A stretch of 64,000 nucleotides of DNA from Candidatus Poriferihabitaceae bacterium (GCA_965261915.1 CBDHDW010000013.1:640491-704490); one strand, 5' to 3'. Counted from the first letter of the stretch, positions 10,524 to 21,798 are shown. The notes: generated by a model not told the origin, from the letters alone. Translations and numbers: made by a program.

Positions 10524-11486
10524 ATGCCAATCGATAAGCCGAAACCAGTCGTACAAGGCGAGAAACTCCGCGGTGCCGAAAAAATGGCGCGAATCCCGGT
10601 CAAGGTGGAAGTCCTTGCCCGGGAGCAATTGCTGAGAAAACCGAAATGGATTCGCGCCAGTTTTACCGGCACCAAGGCGGTGGCAGATTTAAAAAAGACC
10701 TTAAGATCCCAGGGCTTGCATACCGTTTGTGAAGAGGCAGCCTGCCCGAATCTGGGAGAATGCTTTGGTCATGGTACCGCCACTTTCATGATTATGGGTG
10801 ATATCTGCACCCGACGCTGCCCGTTCTGCGATGTCGGGCATGGCCGACCAAACCCATTAGATCCTGATGAACCCATGAATCTCGCCGATACCGTCGCAGC
10901 AATGAAACTGAAATATGTTGTGATTACGTCAGTGGACCGCGATGACTTGCGTGATGGTGGTGCCGGGCATTTTATCGACTGCATTAAAGCGATCCGGGGG
11001 AAATGCCCTGCTACAAAAATTGAAGTTTTAACACCTGATTTCCGCGGCAGAATCGACGTTGCCGTGGATATCCTCGAATCGTCCCCGGCTGACGTTTTCA
11101 ATCACAACCTGGAAACCGTTCCTCGGCTGTACAAAAAAGCACGACCCGGTTCTGATTACCCGTATTCGCTGAATCTTTTGCAAAGAGTCAAACAATCCCA
11201 GCCTGATGTTCCAACCAAGTCCGGAATTATGCTCGGTCTCGGCGAAATTCGGGAAGAAGTCATTCAGGTGATGGAAGATATGCGCCGTCACGATATCAAC
11301 ATGGTAACATTGGGGCAATACCTGCAGCCCAGCCGCCATCATTTGGCGGTGGAGAAATACTGGTCGCCGGAAGAATTCGATGAATTTCGCGATATTGGCG
11401 AGGCCATGGGTTTTGATAACGTCGCCTCGGGCCCAATGGTGAGATCTTCCTATCACGCCGATTTGCAAGCCAAGGCATCGATCTAA
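10524..11486 (+). CDS. lipA: lipoyl synthase
   Basis: Radical-SAM CxxxCxxC (CTRRCPFC) plus the N-terminal [12 protein letters not shown] cluster motif. 320 aa. Confidence 0.95.
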   Translation: MPIDKPKPVVQGEKLRGAEKMARIPVKVEVLAREQLLRKPKWIRASFTGTKAVADLKKTLRSQGLHTVCEEAACPNLGECFGHGTATFMIMGDICTRRCPFCDVGHGRPNPLDPDEPMNLADTVAAMKLKYVVITSVDRDDLRDGGAGHFIDCIKAIRGKCPATKIEVLTPDFRGRIDVAVDILESSPADVFNHNLETVPRLYKKARPGSDYPYSLNLLQRVKQSQPDVPTKSGIMLGLGEIREEVIQVMEDMRRHDINMVTLGQYLQPSRHHLAVEKYWSPEEFDEFRDIGEAMGFDNVASGPMVRSSYHADLQAKASI

Positions 11487-11715
11487 TCCATATCCAGACC
11501 AGAATTCACCCCAAATTTCATCAATTCATATATATCAATTTGACAAAAAAATATCGGCAAATACCAATAAATCCGCCATTTTACTGTGGTCAGACCACAC
11601 CGGTTGATATACAATTTGCTGATACTGATCCGCAACAATATGCGAAGCTATGACTTTGCACGAACTTCGAGTCGGTATCATTAAACCACAACTCAAACAA
11701 TAGAGGAGAAATCTA

Positions 11716-12735
11716 ATGAGAGTTACTAAAACTGCAGCGTTCGCAGCTGCTATTTCACTTGCGGCGATGGGCGCTCAGGCGGGTACATTGGAAGATGTAC
11801 AAGCTCGTGGCGAACTGAACTGCGTTGTTACAACTGGTCTGGCTGGTTTCGCAGCTCCCGATGAAAACGGCCGCTGGGAAGGCTTTGACGCAACTTTTTG
11901 CCGCGCAGTAGCTGCTGCGGTACTGGGTGACGGCGAAAAAGTAAAATTCGTTCCATCAACCGGTAAAACCCGTTTCACTCTGCTGAACTCAGGTGAAGGC
12001 GACATTCTGTTCCGTAACACAACAGAAACCATGAGCCGTGATGCGGATCTTAAACTGTCTTTCCTGCCGGTTAACTACTATGACGGTCAAGGCTTCCTGG
12101 TTCGTAACGAATTGGGTATTTCTTCTGCAATGGAACTGGACGGTGCATCTGTATGTATCCAGACTGGTACTACTACAGAGCTGAACCTCGCTGACTTTTT
12201 CCGTGCAAACAGCATGAGCTACGAGCCAGTAAACATCGAAACCAACGAAGAAGGTATCGCTAACTACTCTGGAAACCGTTGTGACGTATACACTACTGAC
12301 GCATCTGGTCTGGCTTCAACTCGTGCTGCTCTAGATGATCCATCTGCGCACACTATCCTGCCAGAAATCATTTCCAAGGAACCTCTGGGTGGCGCAACTC
12401 GTCACGGCGATGACCAATGGACTGACATTGGTAAATGGGTTGTTAACGCCATTATCGTTGCTGAAGAACTCGGTGTAACTTCTGCTAACATCGGCGACAT
12501 GTGTGGTGCAGCTGGTGACAACCCAAGCATTAACCGTCTGTGCGGTACTGAAGGCGATATGGGTGCAATGGTTGGTCTTGACGCACAATGGGCTGTTCGT
12601 GCGATTTCTGTTGGTGGTAACTACGCTGAAATCTTCGACGCAAACATCGGCCCTGATACCCCTCTTGCTCTGGAACGCGGCCTGAACGCTTCCTGGAGAG
12701 ATGGCGGCATCCTTTATGCAGCACCAATTCGATAA
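11716..12735 (+). CDS. general L-amino-acid ABC transporter substrate-binding protein (AapJ/BztA-like)
   Basis: Signal peptide (AAAISLAAMGAQA) and family-3 SBP character. Followed by two permeases and an ATPase of the AapQMP type. RBS GAGGAG. Confidence 0.85.
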   Translation: MRVTKTAAFAAAISLAAMGAQAGTLEDVQARGELNCVVTTGLAGFAAPDENGRWEGFDATFCRAVAAAVLGDGEKVKFVPSTGKTRFTLLNSGEGDILFRNTTETMSRDADLKLSFLPVNYYDGQGFLVRNELGISSAMELDGASVCIQTGTTTELNLADFFRANSMSYEPVNIETNEEGIANYSGNRCDVYTTDASGLASTRAALDDPSAHTILPEIISKEPLGGATRHGDDQWTDIGKWVVNAIIVAEELGVTSANIGDMCGAAGDNPSINRLCGTEGDMGAMVGLDAQWAVRAISVGGNYAEIFDANIGPDTPLALERGLNASWRDGGILYAAPIR

Positions 12736-12771
12736 TCGATTTATTCGTTAATCGAATGATGTAACGGAAAG

Positions 12772-12809
12772 TGGGGCGTATCTCCTAGCGAGAGCGCCCC
12801 AATTTTTTT
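12772..12809 (+). terminator. rho-independent hairpin between the SBP gene and the permease genes (intra-operon attenuator)
   Basis: TGGGGCG (12772-12778) pairs with CGCCCCA (12795-12801), followed by a T run (12803-12809). Confidence 0.6.
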
Positions 12810-12996
12810 ACCCTAAAGTAGCCGCTGTTTTGAGTTTGGCTATTAGCAGTATAAAAATAATAGGTTAAAAGATGTCGGTCCGAACAGTATCGCGTTTGCC
12901 TGACAAACTGATAACCGAACAAACATCAATATCTATAAGTTTAGTTAATACGTTGGAGCAATCAGCTGGCACAATTCTCTAAATGGTCAAAAAATT

Positions 12997-14184
12997 ATGA
13001 GCGAAGCAGCCATACCTGAAAGAAACGCGTTATCGCGTCTCTGGAATGATAAGCAAGCCCGGTCAGTTATAGTGCAAATCATTGCCACTGTCCTGATTTT
13101 TGGGTTTTTCGCCTATATCATTCGTAATGCGGTCGTTAACCTCGAAGCCATTGGAAAAGGATTTAGTTATAAATTCTTAACCCAGCCTTCCAGTTACGAC
13201 ATCAATCAGCACTTCATCGAGTACACCTCAAGATCGACCCATTTTCGGGCGATGCTTGTTGGAATTCTGAACACATTACTCGTTGCGGTTTGCGGAATCC
13301 TCTTGTCAACCATCGTTGGGTTTTTGCTCGGTGTTTTAAGGCTTTCAAAAAACTGGCTGACGAATAAATTAGCATACGTGTACATTGAATATGTGCGAAA
13401 TGTACCGGTACTGCTACATATTCTATTAGTACACGGCATCATCGTCCATTCACTTCCCATCCCCAAACAAGCGATCAATTTTGGCGATGGTGCATTCCTG
13501 ACCAATCGCGGGCTATTCTTACCCAAACCGGAATTCGAAGCGTTATTCTGGGTGGTATTCGGATTGGGTGTAGCTGGCATTATTTTTATGCTCTGGTTCA
13601 AAGGGTATGCCCAAAAAGTACAGGACGAAACCGGGCACCACTATCCCGTATTCTGGATTGGGTTGGGCGCTATTATTGGCATTCCATTTATTGTTTATTT
13701 TATTCTGGGAAGCCCTATCGTTTGGAACATTCCCGAGCTTAAGGGATTTAATTTCAAGGGAGGAATGGTAATTCGACCTGAATTCATTGCCCTTTGGCTT
13801 GCACTTTCCGGCTATACAGCAGCCTTTATTGGAGAGATTGTAAGAGCGGGGATTGTCGCTGTTAGCTATGGCCAAACGGAAGCGGCATCTGCATTGGGAA
13901 TCAGTCGAGGACGGACACTCAATTTAGTGGTTATTCCACAAGCGTTGCGTATCATTGTTCCCCCACTAACAAGTCAATATCTGAATATTACGAAAAACTC
14001 ATCTCTGGCTGTGGCCATCGGTTACATGGATATCGTTGCCACGATAGGCGGCATTTCTTTGAATCAGACCGGTCGAGAAATGGAATGTATGATTATCGTT
14101 CTAATGCTGTATCTCGTTTTATCGCTACTCATTTCTGCTGCGATGAACTGGTACAACAACAGAATAAAACTGGTTGAGCGGTAG
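12997..14184 (+). CDS. amino-acid ABC transporter permease (AapQ-like)
   Basis: 395 aa, polytopic, with the EAA-type loop (..GQTEAASALGISRGRTLNLVVIPQAL..). Confidence 0.85.
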   Translation: MSEAAIPERNALSRLWNDKQARSVIVQIIATVLIFGFFAYIIRNAVVNLEAIGKGFSYKFLTQPSSYDINQHFIEYTSRSTHFRAMLVGILNTLLVAVCGILLSTIVGFLLGVLRLSKNWLTNKLAYVYIEYVRNVPVLLHILLVHGIIVHSLPIPKQAINFGDGAFLTNRGLFLPKPEFEALFWVVFGLGVAGIIFMLWFKGYAQKVQDETGHHYPVFWIGLGAIIGIPFIVYFILGSPIVWNIPELKGFNFKGGMVIRPEFIALWLALSGYTAAFIGEIVRAGIVAVSYGQTEAASALGISRGRTLNLVVIPQALRIIVPPLTSQYLNITKNSSLAVAIGYMDIVATIGGISLNQTGREMECMIIVLMLYLVLSLLISAAMNWYNNRIKLVER

Positions 14185-14194
14185 GAGAACCATA

Positions 14195-15304
14195 ATGACT
14201 GAACAAACTTACAAAGCTGGCGAACATCCGGATTTACCGCCACCCTCCAACACCATCGGGCCGATTGCGTGGGTTAGAGAGAATCTTCTTTCATCTCCTG
14301 CAAACATTATTATGACAATATTGTCTGCGTGGTTACTTTACAAAGTAGTCCCACCTGTGGTTGACTGGTTGTTTCTGGATGCCGCATTTACTGGCGAAAA
14401 CCGGGATGATTGTCGTGCACAAGCAGGTGGCGCGTGTTGGGCATTTATAGGAGAAAGATTGAAACTGTTTACATACGGTTTTTATCCGATTGAAGAGCGA
14501 TGGCGAGTCAATTTATCTTTTGTATTGCTCATTGTTGCTTTAGTTCCCGTACTTTGGGACAAAGTCCCCATGCGAAAAATGGGCATGTACTTCACTTGTC
14601 TGTTCCCATTTATTGCGAGCTGGCTGTTGCTTGGCGGTTTTGGACTGGAACCGGTTGAAACCTATAAATTTGGCGGTTTCATGCTGACATTGGTAATTGG
14701 TGTGACTGGTATCGCATTTTCGTTACCCATAGGGATTTTACTCGCACTCGGTCGTCAGTCGCAGCTACCCATCATTCGGATTTTTTCTGTTGGATTTATC
14801 GAATTCATCAGAGGCGTTCCGCTGATCACACTGCTGTTCGTTGCATCAACCATGTTGAATTACTTTTTACCTAAAGGCACAACATTTGATTTGTTGCTTC
14901 GAGTACTTATCATGGTAACGTTTTTTGCATCTGCATACATGGCAGAAGTCATCCGCGGTGGATTGCAGGCGATCCCCAAAGGGCAATTCGAAGCCGCCGA
15001 CGCAATGGGTTTGAAGTATTGGCCAGCAATGCGATTAATCGTACTTCCGCAAGCGTTAAAAATCTCAATACCCGGTATTGTAAATACTTTTATTGGTCTT
15101 TATAAAGATACCACCCTGGTAGTCATTATCGGATTGCTCGATCCCCTGGGTATTGGCCGTGCATCATTGGCAGATACAAAATGGACCGGGCTTTCTAACG
15201 AAGTATATCTGTTCGTTGCAATTTTCTTCTTCGTTTCGTGCTTTTTCATGGCGCGCTATTCGTTATATCTGGAAAACAAATTGCAAACAGGTCACAAGCG
15301 ATAA
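14195..15304 (+). CDS. amino-acid ABC transporter permease (AapM-like)
   Basis: Polytopic with an EAA-type loop (GQFEAADAMGLKYWPAMRLIVLPQAL). ATG at 14195 is preceded by AGGAGA (14184-14189). The ORF-track start at 14174 is less likely. Confidence 0.85.
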   Translation: MTEQTYKAGEHPDLPPPSNTIGPIAWVRENLLSSPANIIMTILSAWLLYKVVPPVVDWLFLDAAFTGENRDDCRAQAGGACWAFIGERLKLFTYGFYPIEERWRVNLSFVLLIVALVPVLWDKVPMRKMGMYFTCLFPFIASWLLLGGFGLEPVETYKFGGFMLTLVIGVTGIAFSLPIGILLALGRQSQLPIIRIFSVGFIEFIRGVPLITLLFVASTMLNYFLPKGTTFDLLLRVLIMVTFFASAYMAEVIRGGLQAIPKGQFEAADAMGLKYWPAMRLIVLPQALKISIPGIVNTFIGLYKDTTLVVIIGLLDPLGIGRASLADTKWTGLSNEVYLFVAIFFFVSCFFMARYSLYLENKLQTGHKR

Positions 15305-15345
15305 AGCGCAGACCCAGAACTAATAATTTATTACGGTAAATAAAC

Positions 15346-16113
15346 ATGACAGAACAATCACAAAACCTGGCAAATGACGGCTTCGCCGTTGCCATTCGTG
15401 GCATGCACAAATGGTATGGCCAATTCCATGTCTTGAAAGACATCAACCTGAACGTGGCAAGAGGCGAGAAAATTGTAATTTGCGGTCCATCAGGATCGGG
15501 TAAATCGACGATGATTCGCTGTATCAACAGACTCGAAGAACATCAACAAGGCGATATCATTGTTGACGGCACTGAACTAACGAATGACCTGAAAAATATT
15601 GAAGCAGTGCGTCGTGAAGTCGGCATGGTGTTCCAGCACTTCAATTTGTTTCCCCATCTGACCGTTTTGGAAAACTGTACGCTCGCACCAATCTGGGTAC
15701 GCAAAACACCTAGAGCAGAAGCCGAGGCAATTGCAATGCAATATCTGGAGCGTGTGAAAATACCAGAACAGGCAAGCAAGTATCCAGGGCAGCTATCTGG
15801 CGGTCAGCAACAGCGAGTCGCCATTGCCAGATCACTGTGTATGAAGCCCAGAATCATGCTGTTTGACGAGCCTACATCAGCCCTTGATCCTGAAATGATT
15901 AAGGAAGTACTAGACGTAATGATTGAGCTCGCAGGCGAAGGCATTACCATGCTTTGCGTAACGCATGAAATGGGATTTGCAAAAACAGTTGCCGACAGAG
16001 TTATCTTCATGGATGGTGGTGAAATTATTGAAGAAAACAATCCAAATGAATTCTTCGACAATCCTCAGCACGATAGAACAAAACTGTTCCTGAGCCAAAT
16101 TCTGAATCATTAA
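15346..16113 (+). CDS. amino-acid ABC transporter ATP-binding protein (AapP/GlnQ-like)
   Basis: Walker [10 protein letters not shown], signature LSGGQQQR, Walker [12 protein letters not shown]. Confidence 0.92.
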   Translation: MTEQSQNLANDGFAVAIRGMHKWYGQFHVLKDINLNVARGEKIVICGPSGSGKSTMIRCINRLEEHQQGDIIVDGTELTNDLKNIEAVRREVGMVFQHFNLFPHLTVLENCTLAPIWVRKTPRAEAEAIAMQYLERVKIPEQASKYPGQLSGGQQQRVAIARSLCMKPRIMLFDEPTSALDPEMIKEVLDVMIELAGEGITMLCVTHEMGFAKTVADRVIFMDGGEIIEENNPNEFFDNPQHDRTKLFLSQILNH

Positions 16114-16134
16114 ATTTCACCTGTGTTATTAGAA

Positions 16135-16165
16135 GGGAAAGTGAGAAATCAGTTTCCCTTTTTTA
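16135..16165 (+). terminator. rho-independent terminator of the ABC transporter operon
   Basis: GGGAAA (16135-16140) pairs with TTTCCC (16153-16158), followed by TTTTTT. Confidence 0.6.
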
Positions 16166-16211
16166 TGGTGTGTCCCGATTAACCAGTTCCTGATGATTTG
16201 CCTTTAGCGAA

Positions 16212-16865
16212 TCAATCATCCAACGTAGTTGCACCGTAGTATTTCCACATTAACAACGCCACAGCCGAGCGATGAGGCGACCATCGCAGGCTAAATTCGT
16301 CTACTTCATTATAGTCAGGACGAGTTGGTAGATTCGCATAACGCTGTATCGCAACCTGCAACGCCAAATCCTGTGCAGGATAAAAGTTTCGGCGGCCGAG
16401 AGAAAACATCGCATAGATTTCTGCCGACCACACGCCAATGCCCCGTATCGAAGTCAGTGATTTGATAATTTCGGAATCGGAATACGTACACATCGCTTCC
16501 AGGTTCAACTCACCTGAAAGAATCATACTTGCCAGACTCCTCACATACTCCAGCTTGCGTGCAGACAACCCGCATTCCCGAAGCGCTTCACTTTCAAGGG
16601 ATATAATTTTTCCTGCACTGACGTTTTCGTTGCATGCCAGCTCTATTCGCCGCCAGATCGCTGCCGCCGACTGGGTTGAAAGCATTTGTGAGTTAATTAC
16701 CTTAGCTAAGGCCGAGAATCCGGGCAGTGTCTTGCGCGCAACAGGATAACCAACCAGATCGACTATACGAGACAAGTCGGGATCAAGCTTAATCGCTTTG
16801 CCTAATTCTGATTTAACCGAAAAATACTTAATATTCGGTAATGGGGATTTCATCGTTTCAACCAC
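16212..16865 (-). CDS. DNA-3-methyladenine glycosylase II family (AlkA-like, HhH-GPD)
   Basis: 217 aa with a helix-hairpin-helix/GPD region (..IRGIGVWSAEIYAMF..., ..YPAQDLALQVA..). Confidence 0.75.
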   Translation of the reverse strand: MVETMKSPLPNIKYFSVKSELGKAIKLDPDLSRIVDLVGYPVARKTLPGFSALAKVINSQMLSTQSAAAIWRRIELACNENVSAGKIISLESEALRECGLSARKLEYVRSLASMILSGELNLEAMCTYSDSEIIKSLTSIRGIGVWSAEIYAMFSLGRRNFYPAQDLALQVAIQRYANLPTRPDYNEVDEFSLRWSPHRSAVALLMWKYYGATTLDD

Positions 16866-16951
16866 GTTTTTGATTTAGAATATGCCACAGTTTTCCGATT
16901 CACGTATTTTAACCGCTGAATCATGATATTAACTTACTATAAAATTTTGCC

Positions 16952-17632
16952 ATGCGCGTATTGATCATTGAAGACGACGAAGCTACAGCCGCATACATTC
17001 AAAAAGGGCTGGTTGAAGGTGGACACACCGCGGATATTGCGACACGCGGTGATACCGGATTGTCCCGGGCCCAGGAAGATAATTTTCACGCACTTATCGT
17101 TGACCGCATGCTCCCTGCCGTGGACGGACTAACCGTGGTTTCACAGCTAAGAGAAAGCGGCAACCAAACCCCTGCACTCATTCTGAGTGCATTAGGTGAT
17201 GTAGATGATCGGGTTGAAGGTTTGAAAGCCGGAGGCGACGACTATCTCACCAAGCCGTTCGCGTTTTCCGAGCTTCTGGCAAGACTTGAAGCCCTGGCGA
17301 GACGGACCACTGCCGAATCACAGGAAACGGTATTAGTGGCCGGAGATTTAGTAATGGATTTACTCGGGCGAGAAGTCAAACGTGCAGATACCGTAATCGA
17401 TCTTCAGCCAAGAGAATTTCGATTGCTGGAATATTTGATGCGTCACAGTAATCAGGTGGTAACAAGAACCATGTTGCTTGAAAACGTCTGGGACTACAAT
17501 TTTGATCCACAAACCAATGTGATCGATGTTCATATCAGTCGATTACGCGGAAAAATTGACAAAAATTTTGACACGACAATGTTAAATACCGTGCGCGGAG
17601 CGGGATACATTTTACGTGCAACAAAGGCGTAG
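16952..17632 (+). CDS. OmpR-family two-component response regulator
   Basis: The receiver domain (MRVLIIEDD..., phospho-acceptor region DRMLP; KP in TKPF) and a winged-helix C-terminal domain (..TRTMLLENVWDYNFDP..NVIDVHISRLR..). Confidence 0.9.
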   Translation: MRVLIIEDDEATAAYIQKGLVEGGHTADIATRGDTGLSRAQEDNFHALIVDRMLPAVDGLTVVSQLRESGNQTPALILSALGDVDDRVEGLKAGGDDYLTKPFAFSELLARLEALARRTTAESQETVLVAGDLVMDLLGREVKRADTVIDLQPREFRLLEYLMRHSNQVVTRTMLLENVWDYNFDPQTNVIDVHISRLRGKIDKNFDTTMLNTVRGAGYILRATKA

Positions 17633-19001
17633 CCTATTCCACAGCTATACACTGAGGCTGGCGTTACTCTACGCCTTGATCTTCAGCACGTCTACGCTAT
17701 TCCTGTTTTACTTCTTTTACGTTTTCACCGCGTCTTACATGACGCAGCAAATGGACAGCACTATCCAGGCTGAAATTCAGGGATTGGCAGAACGCTACGA
17801 TCAGGAGGGCCTGCAAGGCCTCACCGAACTCATTGCCGAACGTGTGAATCGTCAACAGGCAACAGGCAATTCAATTTACCTGCTCACCACATTTACACTC
17901 CAGCCACTCGTGGGAAATCTGGACCGATGGCCGAAAAATGCCTCTATCAACAATGACTGGATCGAGTTTTTACTGGAGATAAACGAACAAACCAATGAAA
18001 CGCATCTGGCTCGTGCGAAAATTTTCCAACTGCCCGGGAAATACGGATTACTGGTTGGAAGGGATGTTCATCAGCTCACCGAGGCAAAACGCCGGATTGT
18101 TCAGGCACTGACCTGGGGGCTTGCGATAATGGTGCTGCTGGCATTTTTAGGTGGATTGGTGTTGAGCAGAAGAACGGTGCGTAAAATCGAGCGTATCAAC
18201 CAGACAACGCAAAGTATTATGTCTGGAGATCTTTCCAGACGCGTTCCGGTAACCGGTCGAAATGATGACTTCGACCAGGTTGCTGACAACCTGAATCAAA
18301 TGCTTGATCGAATCCAGATGTTGATGGAAGACATCCGGCGAGTATCAGACAACATAGCCCATGACTTGCGAACACCTCTGGCCAGGCTCCGCCAGCATCT
18401 TGAAGAGGCACGCCTGGAGGAAGACCCCACATCAAAATCTGCTTTAAATCTGGAACAATCGATCAAGGAAGCAGATTCATTACTCGCCACCTTTAACGCA
18501 CTTTTACGTATAGCGAGAATCGAAGCCGGTCAGGTTAGGGCCGGATTTAGCGAAGTTGACTTTTATGTTCTGCTGGAGGATATCGTCGAATTTTACGAGC
18601 CTTTGGTAGAAGAAAAAGATCAGCATCTTGAAACCACATTAGATGCCAATACTACATCCCATGGTGATCGGGATTTATTATTTCAGGCGTTTGCTAACAT
18701 CCTTGAAAATGCCATCAAATACACGCCGAATAAAGGCAATCTTTCAGTGTCACTAATTAAACTGAATACAGAAATTGTAATTACAATTGCAGATAATGGG
18801 CCCGGCATACCGGCTACTGAAAGAGACAAAGTATTTCGGCGATTTTACCGACTTGACCAAAGCCGCAGCAGCAGCGGGAATGGTTTGGGTTTAAGCATGG
18901 TTTCGGCAGTAATTGCGTTGCACAATGGCAACATCACGCTGGAAGACAATATTCCAGGACTTCGAACGATTATTCAACTTCCGATCAACGCTGGAAACTA
19001 A
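17616..19001 (+). CDS. sensor histidine kinase (two TM segments, HAMP, HisKA, HATPase_c)
   Basis: H-box SDNIAHDLRTPL, N-box ENAIKYTP, G-boxes DNGPGI and GNGLGLS. GTG start overlaps the regulator stop. Confidence 0.85.
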   Translation: MQQRRSLFHSYTLRLALLYALIFSTSTLFLFYFFYVFTASYMTQQMDSTIQAEIQGLAERYDQEGLQGLTELIAERVNRQQATGNSIYLLTTFTLQPLVGNLDRWPKNASINNDWIEFLLEINEQTNETHLARAKIFQLPGKYGLLVGRDVHQLTEAKRRIVQALTWGLAIMVLLAFLGGLVLSRRTVRKIERINQTTQSIMSGDLSRRVPVTGRNDDFDQVADNLNQMLDRIQMLMEDIRRVSDNIAHDLRTPLARLRQHLEEARLEEDPTSKSALNLEQSIKEADSLLATFNALLRIARIEAGQVRAGFSEVDFYVLLEDIVEFYEPLVEEKDQHLETTLDANTTSHGDRDLLFQAFANILENAIKYTPNKGNLSVSLIKLNTEIVITIADNGPGIPATERDKVFRRFYRLDQSRSSSGNGLGLSMVSAVIALHNGNITLEDNIPGLRTIIQLPINAGN

Positions 19002-19021
19002 ATCACGAATCTCTATTTGTG

Positions 19022-19606
19022 TTACTCAATTCTGATCAGCGCACCCTTGGTCTGGTCAGATGATGACTGCTCACTGTCCTGAGATGGAAAAACCATATCA
19101 CCATCGTCGTCAGACTGTTCGGGCGAACTAACGGGAAGCTTAAAAAGTTCGGCTAATTCATCCGTGTCAATCTTCGACAGCTGAGACAACGCGGCTATGC
19201 CCAGTCCAATAATAATAAACAGGCACAAAAAGAACTTTAAAACAAAGGTTCGCTTTTTCTTTTTCTTCGTATAACGTTTCCCCTTTAGCTTAATTGATCC
19301 CGGAACTGCCGGTATCTCGCTTAGTTTTTCCGGCTCCAGGGTAACTTTAGCGATAACATCATCCGGATTCAGCCGTAATACACTGGCATAGGATCGAATA
19401 TACCCTTTAACAAATGTGTAACCGGGTAAATTAGAATAATCATCCTGTTCCAGAGCCCGTATCGTATCAACACTAAGGTTGAGATTCTCCGCGACATCTT
19501 CAATGGTTAAATCCCATCCTTTGCGAGCCGAAGAAAGAATTTGCCCGGCGGTCTCCGACGGGCAAAGAGGTTGTGGTTCTGGATGAATTTGTTCTGAACC
19601 AACCAT
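19022..19606 (-). CDS. RodZ-like HTH / single-pass membrane protein, short form without the usual periplasmic domain
   Basis: N-terminal HTH_25-type region (LTIEDVAENLNLSVDTIRALEQDDYSNLPGYTFVKGYIRSYA), a K-rich juxtamembrane stretch, one TM segment and a short acidic tail. Confidence 0.6.
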   Translation of the reverse strand: MVGSEQIHPEPQPLCPSETAGQILSSARKGWDLTIEDVAENLNLSVDTIRALEQDDYSNLPGYTFVKGYIRSYASVLRLNPDDVIAKVTLEPEKLSEIPAVPGSIKLKGKRYTKKKKKRTFVLKFFLCLFIIIGLGIAALSQLSKIDTDELAELFKLPVSSPEQSDDDGDMVFPSQDSEQSSSDQTKGALIRIE

Positions 19607-19707
19607 TCTAAATAGTTAACATCCTCGTCTGGCGGGGCACTGTATCATAGTTTGCACCGCAATTCCCCGGACGACAATCAATCCGGGGAATAGTCAGACT
19701 TTCAGGA

Positions 19708-21798
19708 TTACTCAGACGTTTCCAAAGCCTTCATGCTAAGTCGAACACGGCCCTGCTTATCAACTTCAAGGACCTTCACTTTAACCTGATCACCTTCTTT
19801 AAGCACATCGCTCACTTGATTTACCCGCTCATTTGAGATTTGGGAGATATGAACCAGACCATCGCGTCCGGGTAAAATATTAACAAATGCACCGAAATCC
19901 ATTAAACGCACAACTTTACCTTCGTAAACAGCGTCTACTTCTACTTCAGCCGTAATCTGCTCAATTCGGCGAATCGCTTCCTTGGCAGCAGCGTTATCAG
20001 TCGAGGCAATTTTAATGGTACCGTCGTCGTCAATATCGATATTCACTCCTGTCTCTTCTGACAGCGCACGAATGACCGCACCGCCTTTTCCGATAACATC
20101 GCGAATTTTTTCAGGATTAATACTGATCGTGGTAATACGCGGAGCAAATTCTGACATTTCTTCGCGAGGAGTAGAAATCGCCTTATTCATCTCATCGAGA
20201 ATATAAATACGGCCAGCTTTCGCCTGCTCAAGTGCTTTTTCCATGATCTCTCGGGTAATACCGTCGATTTTGATGTCCATCTGCAGCGCAGTAACACCTT
20301 CACTAGTCCCTGCGACTTTAAAATCCATGTCACCAAGGTGATCTTCATCACCAAGAATATCGGTTAAGACTGCAAAGTCATCGCCTTCTTTTATCAAACC
20401 CATGGCAACACCGGCAACTGGGGCCTTGGTTGTTACGCCGGCATCCATTAGCGCCAAACTGGTGCCGCATACACTAGCCATTGAGCTGGAGCCGTTAGAT
20501 TCAGTAATTTCTGAGACCACACGAATAGTGTAAGGAAAATCTTCCTGAGATGGGATAACCGCTTTAATTCCACGCTTGGCCAAACGCCCATGACCAATTT
20601 CTCGTCGTTTTGGCGTACCAACTCGACCGGTCTCACCAACACAGTAAGGCGGAAAGTTGTAGTGCAGCATAAATGCATCACGAAAATCGCCATCAATCGC
20701 ATCGATCACTTGTGAATCACGTTCGGTACCCAGTGTTGCGACAACGATGGCCTGAGTTTCACCTCGGGTAAATTTCGCTGACCCGTGGGTTCTTGGAAGA
20801 ACACCGGTTTCAATGCTTATCGGTCTAACCGTCTCTGTATCACGACCGTCGATTCGGGATTCACCCGCAATAATGCGACCACGAACGTATTGCTTTTCAA
20901 GCGATTTAATTTCAGCAGAAACTTCTGAAGAAATATCCACTTCGGTATCTTCAGGGCAGATTTCAGCTTTAATGCTGTCTTTAACTGCAGCCAAAGCAGT
21001 TTGCCGTTCAACTTTATCAGAGATTGCGTAGGCTTCAGCAATCTGATTACCGGCTAATTCCGCAACTCGATCTGCAATAGACGAGTCTTTTTCCGCAGGT
21101 TGCCAATCCCATCTTTCCTTGCCAGCTTCTTCGCCTAGTTCGCGCACTGCCTGAATCACAGCCTGAGATTGCTCATGGCCGTACATAACCGCACCAAGCA
21201 TTTGCTCTTCACTGAGGATCTTCGCTTCAGATTCAACCATCAATACCGCTTCTTCAGTACCGGCAACAACCAAATTGAGATCCGAATCTTCCTCCAGCAC
21301 AGTCTTTGTAGGATTGAGCACGTACTCACCATTGACGAATCCGACTCGTGCCGCACCTAAAGGACCGTTAAAAGGCAAGCCTGAAATCTGCAGTGCTGCA
21401 GATGTGCCGATTAATGCGACGATATCCGGATTAATTTCCGGATCGATGGACATGACGGTGGCAATAACCTGAACTTCATTCATAAAACCATCCGCAAACA
21501 TTGGGCGGATAGGCCGATCGATTAGTCGGCAATTTAAAATGGCGTTTTCAGATGGGCGACCTTCTCGCTTAAAAAATCCACCTGGAATTTTTCCTGCTGC
21601 GTAGGTGCGTTCTTCAAATTCAACTGTTAGCGGGAAAAAAGCATGATTTCCCGCTTGCTTACGGCCTACAACCGTTACCATAACCACAGTATCGCCAATA
21701 CTGGCGATGACAGCACCATCGGCTTGTCTCGCTGTAGCGCCTGTTTCCAGACGCACTTCTTGCTGACCGTACTGAAAGGTCTTTACTATTTTATTCAA
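19708..21798 (-). CDS. pnp: polyribonucleotide nucleotidyltransferase (PNPase)
   Basis: 696 aa with two RNase PH domains plus KH and S1 domains. TTG start, 8 nt after AGGAGA. Confidence 0.97.
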   Translation of the reverse strand: MNKIVKTFQYGQQEVRLETGATARQADGAVIASIGDTVVMVTVVGRKQAGNHAFFPLTVEFEERTYAAGKIPGGFFKREGRPSENAILNCRLIDRPIRPMFADGFMNEVQVIATVMSIDPEINPDIVALIGTSAALQISGLPFNGPLGAARVGFVNGEYVLNPTKTVLEEDSDLNLVVAGTEEAVLMVESEAKILSEEQMLGAVMYGHEQSQAVIQAVRELGEEAGKERWDWQPAEKDSSIADRVAELAGNQIAEAYAISDKVERQTALAAVKDSIKAEICPEDTEVDISSEVSAEIKSLEKQYVRGRIIAGESRIDGRDTETVRPISIETGVLPRTHGSAKFTRGETQAIVVATLGTERDSQVIDAIDGDFRDAFMLHYNFPPYCVGETGRVGTPKRREIGHGRLAKRGIKAVIPSQEDFPYTIRVVSEITESNGSSSMASVCGTSLALMDAGVTTKAPVAGVAMGLIKEGDDFAVLTDILGDEDHLGDMDFKVAGTSEGVTALQMDIKIDGITREIMEKALEQAKAGRIYILDEMNKAISTPREEMSEFAPRITTISINPEKIRDVIGKGGAVIRALSEETGVNIDIDDDGTIKIASTDNAAAKEAIRRIEQITAEVEVDAVYEGKVVRLMDFGAFVNILPGRDGLVHISQISNERVNQVSDVLKEGDQVKVKVLEVDKQGRVRLSMKALETSE

